A stretch of DNA of 64,000 bases from the NCBI GenBank assembly GCA_014238285.1, contig JABABK010000008.1, forward strand, positions 10,829 to 74,828. Reading direction: 5' to 3'. Within the stretch, counting starts at the first letter, position 1. The number at the start of each line of letters is the position of its first letter. Position numbers and translations under genes: made by a program. Origin of the DNA: Hellea sp. (GTDB lineage Bacteria; Pseudomonadota; Alphaproteobacteria; Caulobacterales; Maricaulaceae). Of this stretch, positions 36,616-45,141 are shown piece by piece. Below the pieces are notes generated by a model that did not search any database, was not told where the DNA came from, and worked only from the letters and a program-made list of their open reading frames with translations.

Positions 36616-38484
36616 CTACTTCGGGCAATCCTTATCATTGATGGAACCGTCGGCCATAAGAGTTTGGCAAAATATAGCTTGCTCGACCCGCCGGGCATTA
36701 TCAAGATTTACATAAGTCAGGTCAGCTCCTGTGAAGTCCGTACCTTTCAATATGGCATCGTCAAGATTTGCATTGACTATATACGTATTTGATAGATTGG
36801 CATTTATCAAATTTGCCCCCTTCAGATTAGCGCTCATGAGATTAGCGCCTTCTAATATTGCTCCCTTTAATCCCGCGCGTTCCATATCTGCATCTTGAAG
36901 AGAGGCGTTTATTAGTTTCGCCCGCCTTAGATCGGCACCGGGCAGACCTGCGCCAGTCAGATCGGCGTCCGTCAAGTCTGCACCCGTCAAATAGGCATAA
37001 TCCAAATAGGCATAGGTTAGGTCAGCACCAACCAGATTTGCATCCGTTAAATCCGCATGCCTTAACCCCGCTATATAAAGGTTTGCACCGGTTAATTTGG
37101 CTTGGGTCAGGTCTGCATATCTAAAGCCAGCACTTTCTAAATTGGACCCTGATAAGTCTGCACCTATCAAGATCGCGCCGCTAAAATCAGTGTACGCTAG
37201 ATAAGCATCGTTCAGGCGAGCATTGGTCAGAGTGGCATCACGCATACCCGCAAATAAGGCACTGATGCCGGTTAAGCGGGCATTTGTCAGGTTTGACCGC
37301 TCTAACTCGGCAAAAGTCAACCTCGCATTAGACAGATTTACCCTCGCCAAATTTGCGTCATTTAACTTCGCGCCGTTTAGATAACAATTCTGGCAGGATT
37401 TCTTCCGAGCATACCATTTGGATGGTTTTTCCAGTTCGGTTACGTTTGTTGCCAATGTTGCGGGACAGTCTCCGTCATGCATAACATCGTCGGGCATTGC
37501 CGTGTTACACATTATAGCTCCGTCCAATATGACATCATTCATTTCAGCCATGCTAAAATCCGTGTCTGTCAAATTGGCGTTACTAAGATCAGCCCCGTTC
37601 AAGTCGGCATATTGAAAACTGACACCTGTTAAATTAGCACTGGTCATTTTTGCATTGGTTAAGTCCGTGTGTTCCAAGTCGGCATCTGTCATATTAGCGC
37701 CTGTTAGGTCCGCTGCCACGAGCGATGAGTAGGTTTTGATACTTAGCCGAAGGTCGCAATTTACACAGGACTTAGTTGTTTCCAACTTATGTAAGGTTTG
37801 CTCCCTAGGAATCCCGCAGCTCCCGGTTTTGAGTGTCCCGTCGGACATGACGGTGTTGCAAAATTTTACTTTGCTAAGATCAGTGTTTGTCAAAATAGCG
37901 CCAGTCAAATCAACCGAGGTTAAGTTCGCGCCGTCTAAATTCACATTGGATAAAATGGAGCCCTTTAAATTTGCACCGGACAAATCCGCGTTAATCATAT
38001 TGGCGCCAGTTAAGTTGGCCTTTTCGAAATTCGTTCTGTTGAGCTCTGCTCTTGTAAAATTTGCACCTGTTAAGTCGGCTCCAGAAAAATTTACATCCAG
38101 AACGCGTGCGCCGATCATGACCGCATTCTTTAAAACAGCGTTATTGAAATCTGTTTCATATAAAAATGTAAACGATAAGTCTGTGTCCGTTAAGTCGGCA
38201 CCTTGAAGATTAGTAGCTCTCATACTTGCCTTGAAAAAATCCGTTTCGGACAGATTAGAGCCTTGTAATTGGGCACTCCCAAGGTCTGCGTCGGAGAGAT
38301 TGGCTCCAGCAAGATTGAGCTCGGTCAGATCCATGCCGCGCAAATCGCATTCGGTGCAACTATGATAATAATCAAGTTTCTCTTTCGCTATGGTCAGGCG
38401 ATCTTTAGGGACGTTTGTTTGTTGCGCGTTTGAATACCCGCCGACAAACACCATGATAAACATAGAAAACAATAGATGACGCAT
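36616..38484 (-). CDS. Secreted pentapeptide-repeat protein, three Cys-capped modules
   Basis: Signal peptide MRHLLFSMFIMVFVGGYSNAQ, then hundreds of residues of A(D/N)LxG-type pentapeptides. These are interrupted by SCxxC[DY]L and FCNTxMxDG...C linkers. 622 aa. Confidence 0.9.
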   Translation of the reverse strand: MRHLLFSMFIMVFVGGYSNAQQTNVPKDRLTIAKEKLDYYHSCTECDLRGMDLTELNLAGANLSDADLGSAQLQGSNLSETDFFKASMRATNLQGADLTDTDLSFTFLYETDFNNAVLKNAVMIGARVLDVNFSGADLTGANFTRAELNRTNFEKANLTGANMINADLSGANLKGSILSNVNLDGANLTSVDLTGAILTNTDLSKVKFCNTVMSDGTLKTGSCGIPREQTLHKLETTKSCVNCDLRLSIKTYSSLVAADLTGANMTDADLEHTDLTNAKMTSANLTGVSFQYADLNGADLSNANLTDTDFSMAEMNDVILDGAIMCNTAMPDDVMHDGDCPATLATNVTELEKPSKWYARKKSCQNCYLNGAKLNDANLARVNLSNARLTFAELERSNLTNARLTGISALFAGMRDATLTNARLNDAYLAYTDFSGAILIGADLSGSNLESAGFRYADLTQAKLTGANLYIAGLRHADLTDANLVGADLTYAYLDYAYLTGADLTDADLTGAGLPGADLRRAKLINASLQDADMERAGLKGAILEGANLMSANLKGANLINANLSNTYIVNANLDDAILKGTDFTGADLTYVNLDNARRVEQAIFCQTLMADGSINDKDCPK

Positions 38485-38603
38485 TAATTCTCCCCGTGTT
38501 TAGGCTTATGAGTAAGTGATAGTTGTCATCAGGACAACTGTTATGTGATTGTGGGTTGGCGTGATCCAAGGAGTGATACTTTACCTGACAATCGATTAGA
38601 TGT

Positions 38604-38690
38604 TGGTGCCCTGGAGAAGACTCGAACTTCCACTTCCATACAGAAACTAGCACCTGAAGCTAGCGCGTCTACCAATTCCGCCACCAGGGC
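38604..38690 (-). tRNA. tRNA-Leu (anticodon CAG), CCA encoded
   Basis: Minus strand: GCCCTGGTGGCGGAATTGGTAGACGCGCTAGCTTCAGGTGCTAGTTTCTGTATGGAAGTGGAAGTTCGAGTCTTCTCCAGGGCACCA. It has a 7-bp acceptor stem, a long variable arm and the anticodon loop TTCAGGT. The D-arm and anticodon arm are near-identical to E. coli tRNA-Leu(CAG). Confidence 0.95.
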
Positions 38691-38810
38691 TGATGACCAG
38701 ATTGCCTCATTAAAGGCAAGAGCTGCCGTATATGGGACTGACGGAGAATGGTCAATGTAGATTTGGCGAACGAGAATACCTTGGATGCAAACGCACTAAT
38801 CAATATAAAA

Positions 38811-38882
38811 CACTCATCCTGGACTTGATCCAGGATATCTGCTCACCCGTTACGAGATACTGGCTTTCGCCAGTATGAGCGG
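38811..38882 (-). repeat. REP/MITE-like element, copy B (inverted relative to copy A)
   Basis: The reverse complement is CCGCTCATACTGGCGAAAGCCAGTATCTCGTAACGG...CCTGGATCAAGTCCAGGATGAGTG. It has the same two hairpins as copy A, with loop differences only. Confidence 0.75.
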
Positions 38883-38995
38883 CAATCTGAATATCACGAA
38901 TTGCCGATCGTCCCAAAAATTTGATGCGTCGCTAAATCCCTATATTCCGCCCTTATTCACTTGTTGCGAATCTGCCAAGCGGGTAGGAACGTCCC

Positions 38996-40912
38996 ATGAT
39001 TGCAGAGCTTGGCCATATTCTTTTAATCACCGCCTTGGTGATTGCTTTCTTGCAGGCGGTTTTACCTCTGTGGGGCGCGGCGAAGAACAATAAAGCCCTT
39101 ATGGATTTTGCTGGGCGTGCGGCACTCTTGCAATGCGCCGCCATTATCGGCGCTTTCGCGCTTTTAACCACGGCCTTTGTGACATCGGATTTTTCAGTCA
39201 AACTGGTCGCTGAGCACTCTCATAGCGCGAAACCTCTTCTATATAAAATCACAGGCGTCTGGGCCAATCATGAAGGCTCCATGCTGCTTTGGGTTTTGAT
39301 TCTGAGCATATATGGTGCCATGCTGCCCATATTTGGCAAAGCCCTCCCAGATACGCTCAGAGCCAGAGCGCTGGGCATTCAAGGGCTTTTAGGCGTCGGC
39401 TTTATCGGATTTACCGTTTTTACATCTAGCCCATTTTTAAGGCTCGAAAATGTGCCTATTGACGGCAATGGTCTAAACCCTCTGCTCCAAGATCCTGGCC
39501 TCGCCTTCCACCCACCATTTTTATATCTGGGATATGTCGGGTTTTCACTGGCCTTTTCCCTAGCCTGCGCGGCGCTGATCGAAGGCAAGATCGACGCCAT
39601 CTGGGCCCGTTGGCTACGGCCTTGGGTCCTGCTCGCTTGGAGTTTCCTCACCGTTGGCATTACTCTGGGCAGTCTTTGGGCGTATTACGAACTTGGTTGG
39701 GGCGGGTGGTGGATGTGGGATCCTGTCGAAAATGTATCCTTCATGCCATGGCTTGCAGGTACGGCCCTGCTCCACTCTATATTGGTTTTAGGTACAAGAC
39801 ATAGCCTCCCAAGCTGGACTGTGCTCTTAGCTATATCAACTTTCTCGCTTAGCCTCATTGGGACTTTTGTGGTGCGTTCTGGAGTTCTAATTTCAGTCCA
39901 TGCCTTTGCAGTAGATCCGGCACGAGGTGTTTATATCTTATCCTTACTCACACTATACACTGGCGCAGCCCTTGGTCTCTACGCTTGGCGGGCAAAGACC
40001 CTACAAGCCCATAGCGGCTTTGACCCCGTGTCCAAAAGCGGAGCCCTAGTTCTGAATAACCTGTTGTTAGTTATCGCGACAGCGACTGTCTTTTTAGGGA
40101 CATTTTATCCTCTATTTATCGACGCGATCTCAGTGGATAAAATTACGGTCGGCGCGCCCTATTTCAACAAGACGTTCACCCCCATCATGGTCATTCTTAT
40201 TTTAATCATGGGCGTTGGACCGCTGTTAAAGTGGGAGAAGGACAATAGCAAAAACCTTTTGGGTTATGTTAAAAAACTAGCGCCAGTATTTATTATTGCG
40301 CTGGTTCTATTTGGCCTGACAGGCGGTTCTTGGGGCGGCGCGCTAGGTCTTGCCTTAGCTGTCTATATAACCGCCGGCACATTGTTTGTCGTTTGGCGAC
40401 GCCGCAAAGTAATTGGCTCACAACCGGCTGGATTTTTTGGATTTATCCTAGGGCATATGGGCATGGCTGTTACAACAATGGCTATTACCTGTATGAGCGT
40501 TTGGAGTGTTGACCAGGCCGCGCGGCTGAATATCGGAGAAAGTCTGAAGATAGGCCAACACACTTTTACCCTCAGTAAAATGGATAGCGACCAGCGTGAA
40601 AATTACGAATATCTCGCGGGGACATTTTCGATCTCCAAAAATGGGCAAGAGTTAAAACCCGTTACCGCGGAGCAACGCTATTACCCCGTCCGCAAAATGG
40701 TGACGACGGAAGCTGGGTTTAATTTAGGCATCAAAGACACAGTGTTTGCAGCTCTCTCTGAAGGCAATAAAGAAAAAGGTTGGGTTGTCCGCGTCTATTA
40801 CCAACCCATGGTCATTTGGATTTGGATTGGCGGTATTATGATCGCTCTTGGCGGTTTTGTATCGCTCGCAGATCGACGTTTGCGGTTTAATACAAATAGC
40901 GATCAGATATGA
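38996..40912 (+). CDS. ccmF: Cytochrome c-type biogenesis heme lyase subunit CcmF
   Basis: W-rich heme-handling motif GWGGWWMWDPVEN in a polytopic 638-aa protein. Confidence 0.95.
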   Translation: MIAELGHILLITALVIAFLQAVLPLWGAAKNNKALMDFAGRAALLQCAAIIGAFALLTTAFVTSDFSVKLVAEHSHSAKPLLYKITGVWANHEGSMLLWVLILSIYGAMLPIFGKALPDTLRARALGIQGLLGVGFIGFTVFTSSPFLRLENVPIDGNGLNPLLQDPGLAFHPPFLYLGYVGFSLAFSLACAALIEGKIDAIWARWLRPWVLLAWSFLTVGITLGSLWAYYELGWGGWWMWDPVENVSFMPWLAGTALLHSILVLGTRHSLPSWTVLLAISTFSLSLIGTFVVRSGVLISVHAFAVDPARGVYILSLLTLYTGAALGLYAWRAKTLQAHSGFDPVSKSGALVLNNLLLVIATATVFLGTFYPLFIDAISVDKITVGAPYFNKTFTPIMVILILIMGVGPLLKWEKDNSKNLLGYVKKLAPVFIIALVLFGLTGGSWGGALGLALAVYITAGTLFVVWRRRKVIGSQPAGFFGFILGHMGMAVTTMAITCMSVWSVDQAARLNIGESLKIGQHTFTLSKMDSDQRENYEYLAGTFSISKNGQELKPVTAEQRYYPVRKMVTTEAGFNLGIKDTVFAALSEGNKEKGWVVRVYYQPMVIWIWIGGIMIALGGFVSLADRRLRFNTNSDQI

Positions 40913-41448
40913 ATTCCCTAAAACCATATATACCATTGATCGCGTTCGTCATTTTGGTGATCGGTTTTGCCGTTGGCCTTAAACAAGGCGACCTGCGGAA
41001 ACTGGAATCCACTCTAATCGATCAACCGTTTCCCGACTTTTCCCTGACCACACTGGATGACCTTGGTAGCAATATCACAGAGGCAGAGCTTAAAGGCTCC
41101 ATCAGCCTGATCAATATTTTCGGGTCTTGGTGTGTTGCCTGTGTTCAAGAACACCCTAACCTCATGCAAATTGCGCAGACAAACCGCATTCGGCTCATCG
41201 GAGTGAACTGGCGCGATAGCCGCGTCAAAGGCCGTGCTTGGCTTGATCGCTATGGTGATCCGTACAGCCTGATCCTGTTTGATGATAGCAGCCAGCTCGC
41301 CATCGACCTTGGCGTAACCGGCGCGCCCGAGACGTTTTTGGTCGATCACGAAGGGCGCATTCGGTATAAACATGTGGGTATTGTCACTAGGGACGTATGG
41401 ATGGAAACGCTGTTACCCCTGATAAAATCATTGGAGAGCGGTACATGA
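40909..41448 (+). CDS. ccmG: Periplasmic thiol:disulfide oxidoreductase CcmG/DsbE
   Basis: N-terminal anchor, WCVAC active site and GVTGAPETFLVD. It has an ATGA overlap with ccmF. Confidence 0.9.
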   Translation: MNSLKPYIPLIAFVILVIGFAVGLKQGDLRKLESTLIDQPFPDFSLTTLDDLGSNITEAELKGSISLINIFGSWCVACVQEHPNLMQIAQTNRIRLIGVNWRDSRVKGRAWLDRYGDPYSLILFDDSSQLAIDLGVTGAPETFLVDHEGRIRYKHVGIVTRDVWMETLLPLIKSLESGT

Positions 41449-41852
41449 TCCGGCATTTATTGATCAGTAGTATTTTCGCAATCACGCTCGTATCGGCCCC
41501 AACCCTGCTGGCACAAACCAGCGCGGAGTCATCCGTCTCAATTTCCGAAGCCGAGATTGAAAGCCGCGCCAAAGATGTCGGCCGAGCCCTACGCTGCGTA
41601 GTCTGTCAAAACCAATCCATCGAAGAATCTGATGCAAGCCTAGCTGAAGACATGCGCATTCTCGTCCGCGCCCGTATTCGTGAAGGCGATAGCAATGAAG
41701 CCGTGATGGATTATATGCAAAGCCGCTATGGGGACTTTGTACTCTTAGAACCGCCCGTCCAGAAAAACACCTATATTCTGTGGGCGTTCCCGTTCTTGCT
41801 TTTAGTCATGGGATTTCTTTGGTTCGTCAGAGCGGCTCGCAAGCAGACTTAA
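41445..41852 (+). CDS. ccmH: Cytochrome c-type biogenesis protein CcmH
   Basis: Signal peptide MIRHLLISSIFAITLVSAPTLLAQ, LRCVVCQNQSIEES (CxxC) and a C-terminal TM. The start is set at ATG 41445 (ATGA overlap with the ccmG stop) rather than the ORF-track 41397. Confidence 0.9.
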   Translation: MIRHLLISSIFAITLVSAPTLLAQTSAESSVSISEAEIESRAKDVGRALRCVVCQNQSIEESDASLAEDMRILVRARIREGDSNEAVMDYMQSRYGDFVLLEPPVQKNTYILWAFPFLLLVMGFLWFVRAARKQT

Positions 41853-42024
41853 AACATCATCAGACTACCGAAACTCCCAAATCGTAACATCTCAATAATA
41901 CGAGCACAAAGTTAGTGAGAAACGACCTTATCTGTTTGTCTATCTAATGTAACATCCGTCACACACTGTTTCTCCAGTGTAGCGTATCGTACTGACATCC
42001 AATGCTATTTTAAGGAGTGATGAT

Positions 42025-42426
42025 ATGGATATGGTAGAGCGAGCATTTAGAGCGGAGGTCGACTCATTAAACGCTATGAGAGCATCAATGGAAAACGCCA
42101 TCGCACAAGTCAAAGGCTTTGAAACAATTGAGGGGGGCGTCATGCAGGTTAGATGTCCCGCAGCAGGTAGAATGATTGCGTCAATCGCTGCTGGGCATGT
42201 TCCGCAAGAATTAGCTACGCAGTCTTTTATTATTTCGATTGCTGAAGATTCTGGTCATGACGTGGCTTTCGGGTTGGGAAATATGCGTGAGAACACAGCT
42301 GTACAACGTCGTGATGTGAACCAACCTATGGTTCTTGGTGAGGAGGTTAGCTGGAACCAAGTTATTGAAACGATGGAGATCGGCAGTGCATACATGGATA
42401 TGCGGATCAAACGACTCACAGGCTAA
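42025..42426 (+). CDS. Orphan hypothetical protein (133 aa)
   Basis: Good SD (AAGGAG) and a terminator immediately downstream. I see no TM, signal peptide or recognisable motif. Confidence 0.55.
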   Translation: MDMVERAFRAEVDSLNAMRASMENAIAQVKGFETIEGGVMQVRCPAAGRMIASIAAGHVPQELATQSFIISIAEDSGHDVAFGLGNMRENTAVQRRDVNQPMVLGEEVSWNQVIETMEIGSAYMDMRIKRLTG

Positions 42427-42461
42427 GCTTATTTCTCTTTCGAAATCAAACTTGCAGGCAT

Positions 42462-42494
42462 AAAAAAACCGCGCTCCAAGGCGCGGCTTTCTTC
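42462..42494. terminator. Bidirectional rho-independent terminator between convergent genes
   Basis: AAAAAAA-CCGCGC-TCCAAG-GCGCGG-CTTTCTTC. Confidence 0.7.
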
Positions 42495-42510
42495 AATTAC
42501 TTTATTTGGA

Positions 42511-43275
42511 TTACTTGCGGATTGGCAGGTAATCGCTGGCTGTGTAACCACCAGAAGAGGTGTAACCGCCATAAGAGCTTGATCCGCTGCTTTGCATACA
42601 TGATCCATCAGACTGCATGCTTGAGCCGGATGGGCAAGTCGCGATGCTGCCTGTTCCTGTTGATCCAGAGGAGTAGCTTGACCCAGATGAGTAGCCGGAA
42701 CCAGACTGCATACATGTGCCGTCAGATTGTGATGTTGTTCCCGCTGGGCAATCAACTGTTCCGCCGCTTGAGTGGCTTGACCCTGTATAGCTTGACCCAG
42801 ATGAATATGACGAGCTACTGCTATATGATGAAGATGACTGCATGCAAGTTCCGTCAGGTTGTGACGTCGTTCCCGCTGGACAATCTACTGTACCGCCAGA
42901 AACAGAACCTGATGAATAACTAGAACCGGACGAGTACGTTGAATAAGCAGGCTCTTGGTAAGCAGGCGCTGTATAAGTCGGTGCAGGTGCCGCGTGTCCG
43001 CAATTCATATTGCCGATCTGTGAGCAATCAGCATAGACAACGCCTGTAACAGGTGCGTGGTGCTGAGGTGGCATCATTGGCATTGGCGCTGGCGCTGCAA
43101 TAGAAGCCTCACATCCACCGTTATAACGCGTGTCGGCGCAGGCGGCGCCGCTTTCATAATCATGAACACTGGCATAGCGTCCACTGTCTTGTCCGCTACT
43201 TGCGCAAGCAGAAAGAGTGAGGGCCGAAACGCCCAAGGCGGCGATTAAGCCGTTACGGATAGTAATATTGCCCAT
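42511..43275 (-). CDS. Ser/Gly/Tyr-rich lipoprotein with three CPxG..QxDGxCMQS disulfide-loop repeats
   Basis: Lipobox LTLSACASS. The start is set at MGNITIRNG (SD GGGAGC), not the ORF-track 43332. The repeats are SGGTVDCPAGTTSQPDGTCMQS / SGGTVDCPAGTTSQSDGTCMQS / SIATCPSGSSMQSDGSCMQS, separated by SSYSS tracts. Confidence 0.75.
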   Translation of the reverse strand: MGNITIRNGLIAALGVSALTLSACASSGQDSGRYASVHDYESGAACADTRYNGGCEASIAAPAPMPMMPPQHHAPVTGVVYADCSQIGNMNCGHAAPAPTYTAPAYQEPAYSTYSSGSSYSSGSVSGGTVDCPAGTTSQPDGTCMQSSSSYSSSSSYSSGSSYTGSSHSSGGTVDCPAGTTSQSDGTCMQSGSGYSSGSSYSSGSTGTGSIATCPSGSSMQSDGSCMQSSGSSSYGGYTSSGGYTASDYLPIRK

Positions 43276-43360
43276 ATTGAGGCTCCCATATTGATACACT
43301 AATTGATATACTGTTGAGTTATTCTGCAACATTTATACCAGAAAAGGATGAACTTTCTCT

Positions 43361-44701
43361 TTACGGCGTTTTTAAGGCAGGACTGAACATAGCAAAGAAA
43401 AAACCATCTAAACCACCTTTTTCGCGTAATCGGTGTGGCAAGAGTCTAAAATACCCTTCAGGCGTGATTACTTCCGACCACGTCTTATTGGGCGATTTAA
43501 TCACTTCAAAATCCTCATATTTCTGCGCGAAATTTCTGGCTTGCTGTTCGCCCTCTTCAGTTTGAAGAGAACAGGTACAGTATATCAGATGTCCGCCCGG
43601 ACGGATATGGCGCGACGCAGCTGCGAGCAGTCTTTTCTGAACTTTTAGCAGATCAGCCACTTGCCTAAAGGATTTTGAGTGCAAAACATCAGGATGGCGG
43701 CGGTAGGTTCCTGTGGCACTACAAGGCGCGTCCAAAAGAACAACATCAAACGGCTCACCTTCATTTTCCCAGTTCATTCCGTCTGCCTCAACAATTTCAG
43801 CTTCAAGATTTGTACGGGCTAGGTTTTCTTTTAGGATCGTCAGCCTGTGACCTGATTTATCAAGGGCCGTGACGCTAGCGCCCGCAGCCGCAAACTGTAG
43901 TGTCTTGCCGCCTGGGGCCGCGCACAGATCGAGAACGCGCAAGCCCGTTAGATCGCCTTTTACCTCCTGTAGGATTTGAACGGGTAAGCTAGAGGCTAAA
44001 TCTTGTATCCACCAATCTCCCGTATCATAACCGGGCAATTCGCTGATTTGGCCGGCTTTAGGCAATCTGATGGTTTGGCCAAACATTACTTCGCCGCCTA
44101 ATTTCTCAGCCCAGCATTCTGGATCGGATTTGACGGTAATGTCCAGCGGCGGCGGTTTCATATATTGTAGCGCCATAGCTCTGGCCGCGCCTGCTCCGAA
44201 AGCTTTCTCCCAGCTTTGGTAAATCCAGCGCGGAATATTCTCCCTTGGCGGAATTGCTGCCATTTTAGGGCCGCCTTCTCTTGTGAGGTTCCTAAGGACC
44301 GCATTCACAAAACCTGAAAACTTTGTATATTGTTTTTCTTGCTTCACAATCTGGACCATTTCGCTGACGGCGGCATGGTCAGATGTTTTTAAGACCAAAA
44401 TTTGCGCCGCGCCAAGCCTGAGAGCATTCATGATAAAATCGGGCGGCGTCTGTTTTATATATCCGCCGAGGACTTTATCGATCTGTCCTTTATGGCGAAA
44501 CACGCTACTGACCAATAGTCTGACAAAGGCGCGATCTCGCACTTCAAGTTTATTATAAAGAGGGTCGCTCGCAATAGACGTTTCTAACTGCTCGCCTTCT
44601 AACAAAATTCGTCCGAGCGCTCTGAGTGCCATAAGGCGGGTATTTATTCTTGGAGGAGAGGGGGAGGGAGTCGGTGTGGTCATAACACCCCCTAACAGCA
44701 C
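43361..44701 (-). CDS. rsmB: 16S rRNA (cytosine967-C5)-methyltransferase RsmB/Sun
   Basis: NusB-like N-domain, SAM site DLCAAPGGKT, and catalytic Cys motifs DAPCSATG and YCTCSL. 446 aa. Confidence 0.9.
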   Translation of the reverse strand: MLLGGVMTTPTPSPSPPRINTRLMALRALGRILLEGEQLETSIASDPLYNKLEVRDRAFVRLLVSSVFRHKGQIDKVLGGYIKQTPPDFIMNALRLGAAQILVLKTSDHAAVSEMVQIVKQEKQYTKFSGFVNAVLRNLTREGGPKMAAIPPRENIPRWIYQSWEKAFGAGAARAMALQYMKPPPLDITVKSDPECWAEKLGGEVMFGQTIRLPKAGQISELPGYDTGDWWIQDLASSLPVQILQEVKGDLTGLRVLDLCAAPGGKTLQFAAAGASVTALDKSGHRLTILKENLARTNLEAEIVEADGMNWENEGEPFDVVLLDAPCSATGTYRRHPDVLHSKSFRQVADLLKVQKRLLAAASRHIRPGGHLIYCTCSLQTEEGEQQARNFAQKYEDFEVIKSPNKTWSEVITPEGYFRLLPHRLREKGGLDGFFFAMFSPALKTP

Positions 44702-44817
44702 AGTTATGCTTAATAAACTCTCAATCCGTGCTTAATCAAATTTTATGCCTCTTACTGTATCACTTTAACCCATGTTGTTAAATTAACAGCAGGTCAAAAT
44801 GTTGATTTAGATTTGAC

Positions 44818-45051
44818 GTGACGACCAATCTGAGCTTAGGGACGGCTATGTCCAAAATGACACCAGCCGATACTACGCCCGGGAAGACGCTAACGCCAGA
44901 AGCTCAACGAGCTCTCGCCGAAGCCAAAGCCCGGCGCGCAGCCCAACAAGCCCAATTGGAAGCACGTCCTAAAGAAACGGACGGGCCACAGGGGGCTGAA
45001 CCAACTCGCTATGGCGACTGGGAAAGCGGCGGCATTACTTACGACTTTTAA
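44818..45051 (+). CDS. DUF1674 (SDHAF4-like) small protein
   Basis: C-terminal EPTRYGDWESGGITYDF signature. The start is uncertain (GTG 44818, or ATG 44848/44857). Confidence 0.8.
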   Translation: MTTNLSLGTAMSKMTPADTTPGKTLTPEAQRALAEAKARRAAQQAQLEARPKETDGPQGAEPTRYGDWESGGITYDF

Positions 45052-45141
45052 GGTCGCACCCCGACAAAAAAATAATGAACGCCAAGGGCGTCAGGTAATG
45101 GTTGAGGGTGTCTTTTCGCCCATATTTTGGAGAATACGCAA

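Noticed and set aside
37736-38206. 156-aa plus-strand ORF with repeated KSAP/VKFAP units, and periodic DNA that could superficially suggest a repeat array
   Set aside because: It is the mirror image of the pentapeptide-repeat coding periodicity (15-nt period) on the opposite strand. There is no spacer/repeat organisation, so it is neither a CRISPR array nor a separate gene.
38604-38995. Possible tRNA-Leu-associated genomic island or prophage remnant
   Set aside because: I could find no integrase, excisionase, transposase, phage gene or direct repeat of the tRNA 3' end in the window. Only the REP-like elements are present, and they are reported separately.
38875-39201. Small ORFs (38875-39093 plus, 38953-39201 minus) around the ccmF start
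   Set aside because: They overlap REP copy B and the well-supported ccmF N-terminus, and I see no RBS or motif support.
42429-42923. Alternative-frame ORFs (42429-42755 minus, 42522-42923 plus) in the Ser-rich lipoprotein gene
   Set aside because: The frame giving a lipobox, SD and coherent Cys-loop repeats is clearly the coding one. The others are by-products of the repetitive, compositionally biased DNA.
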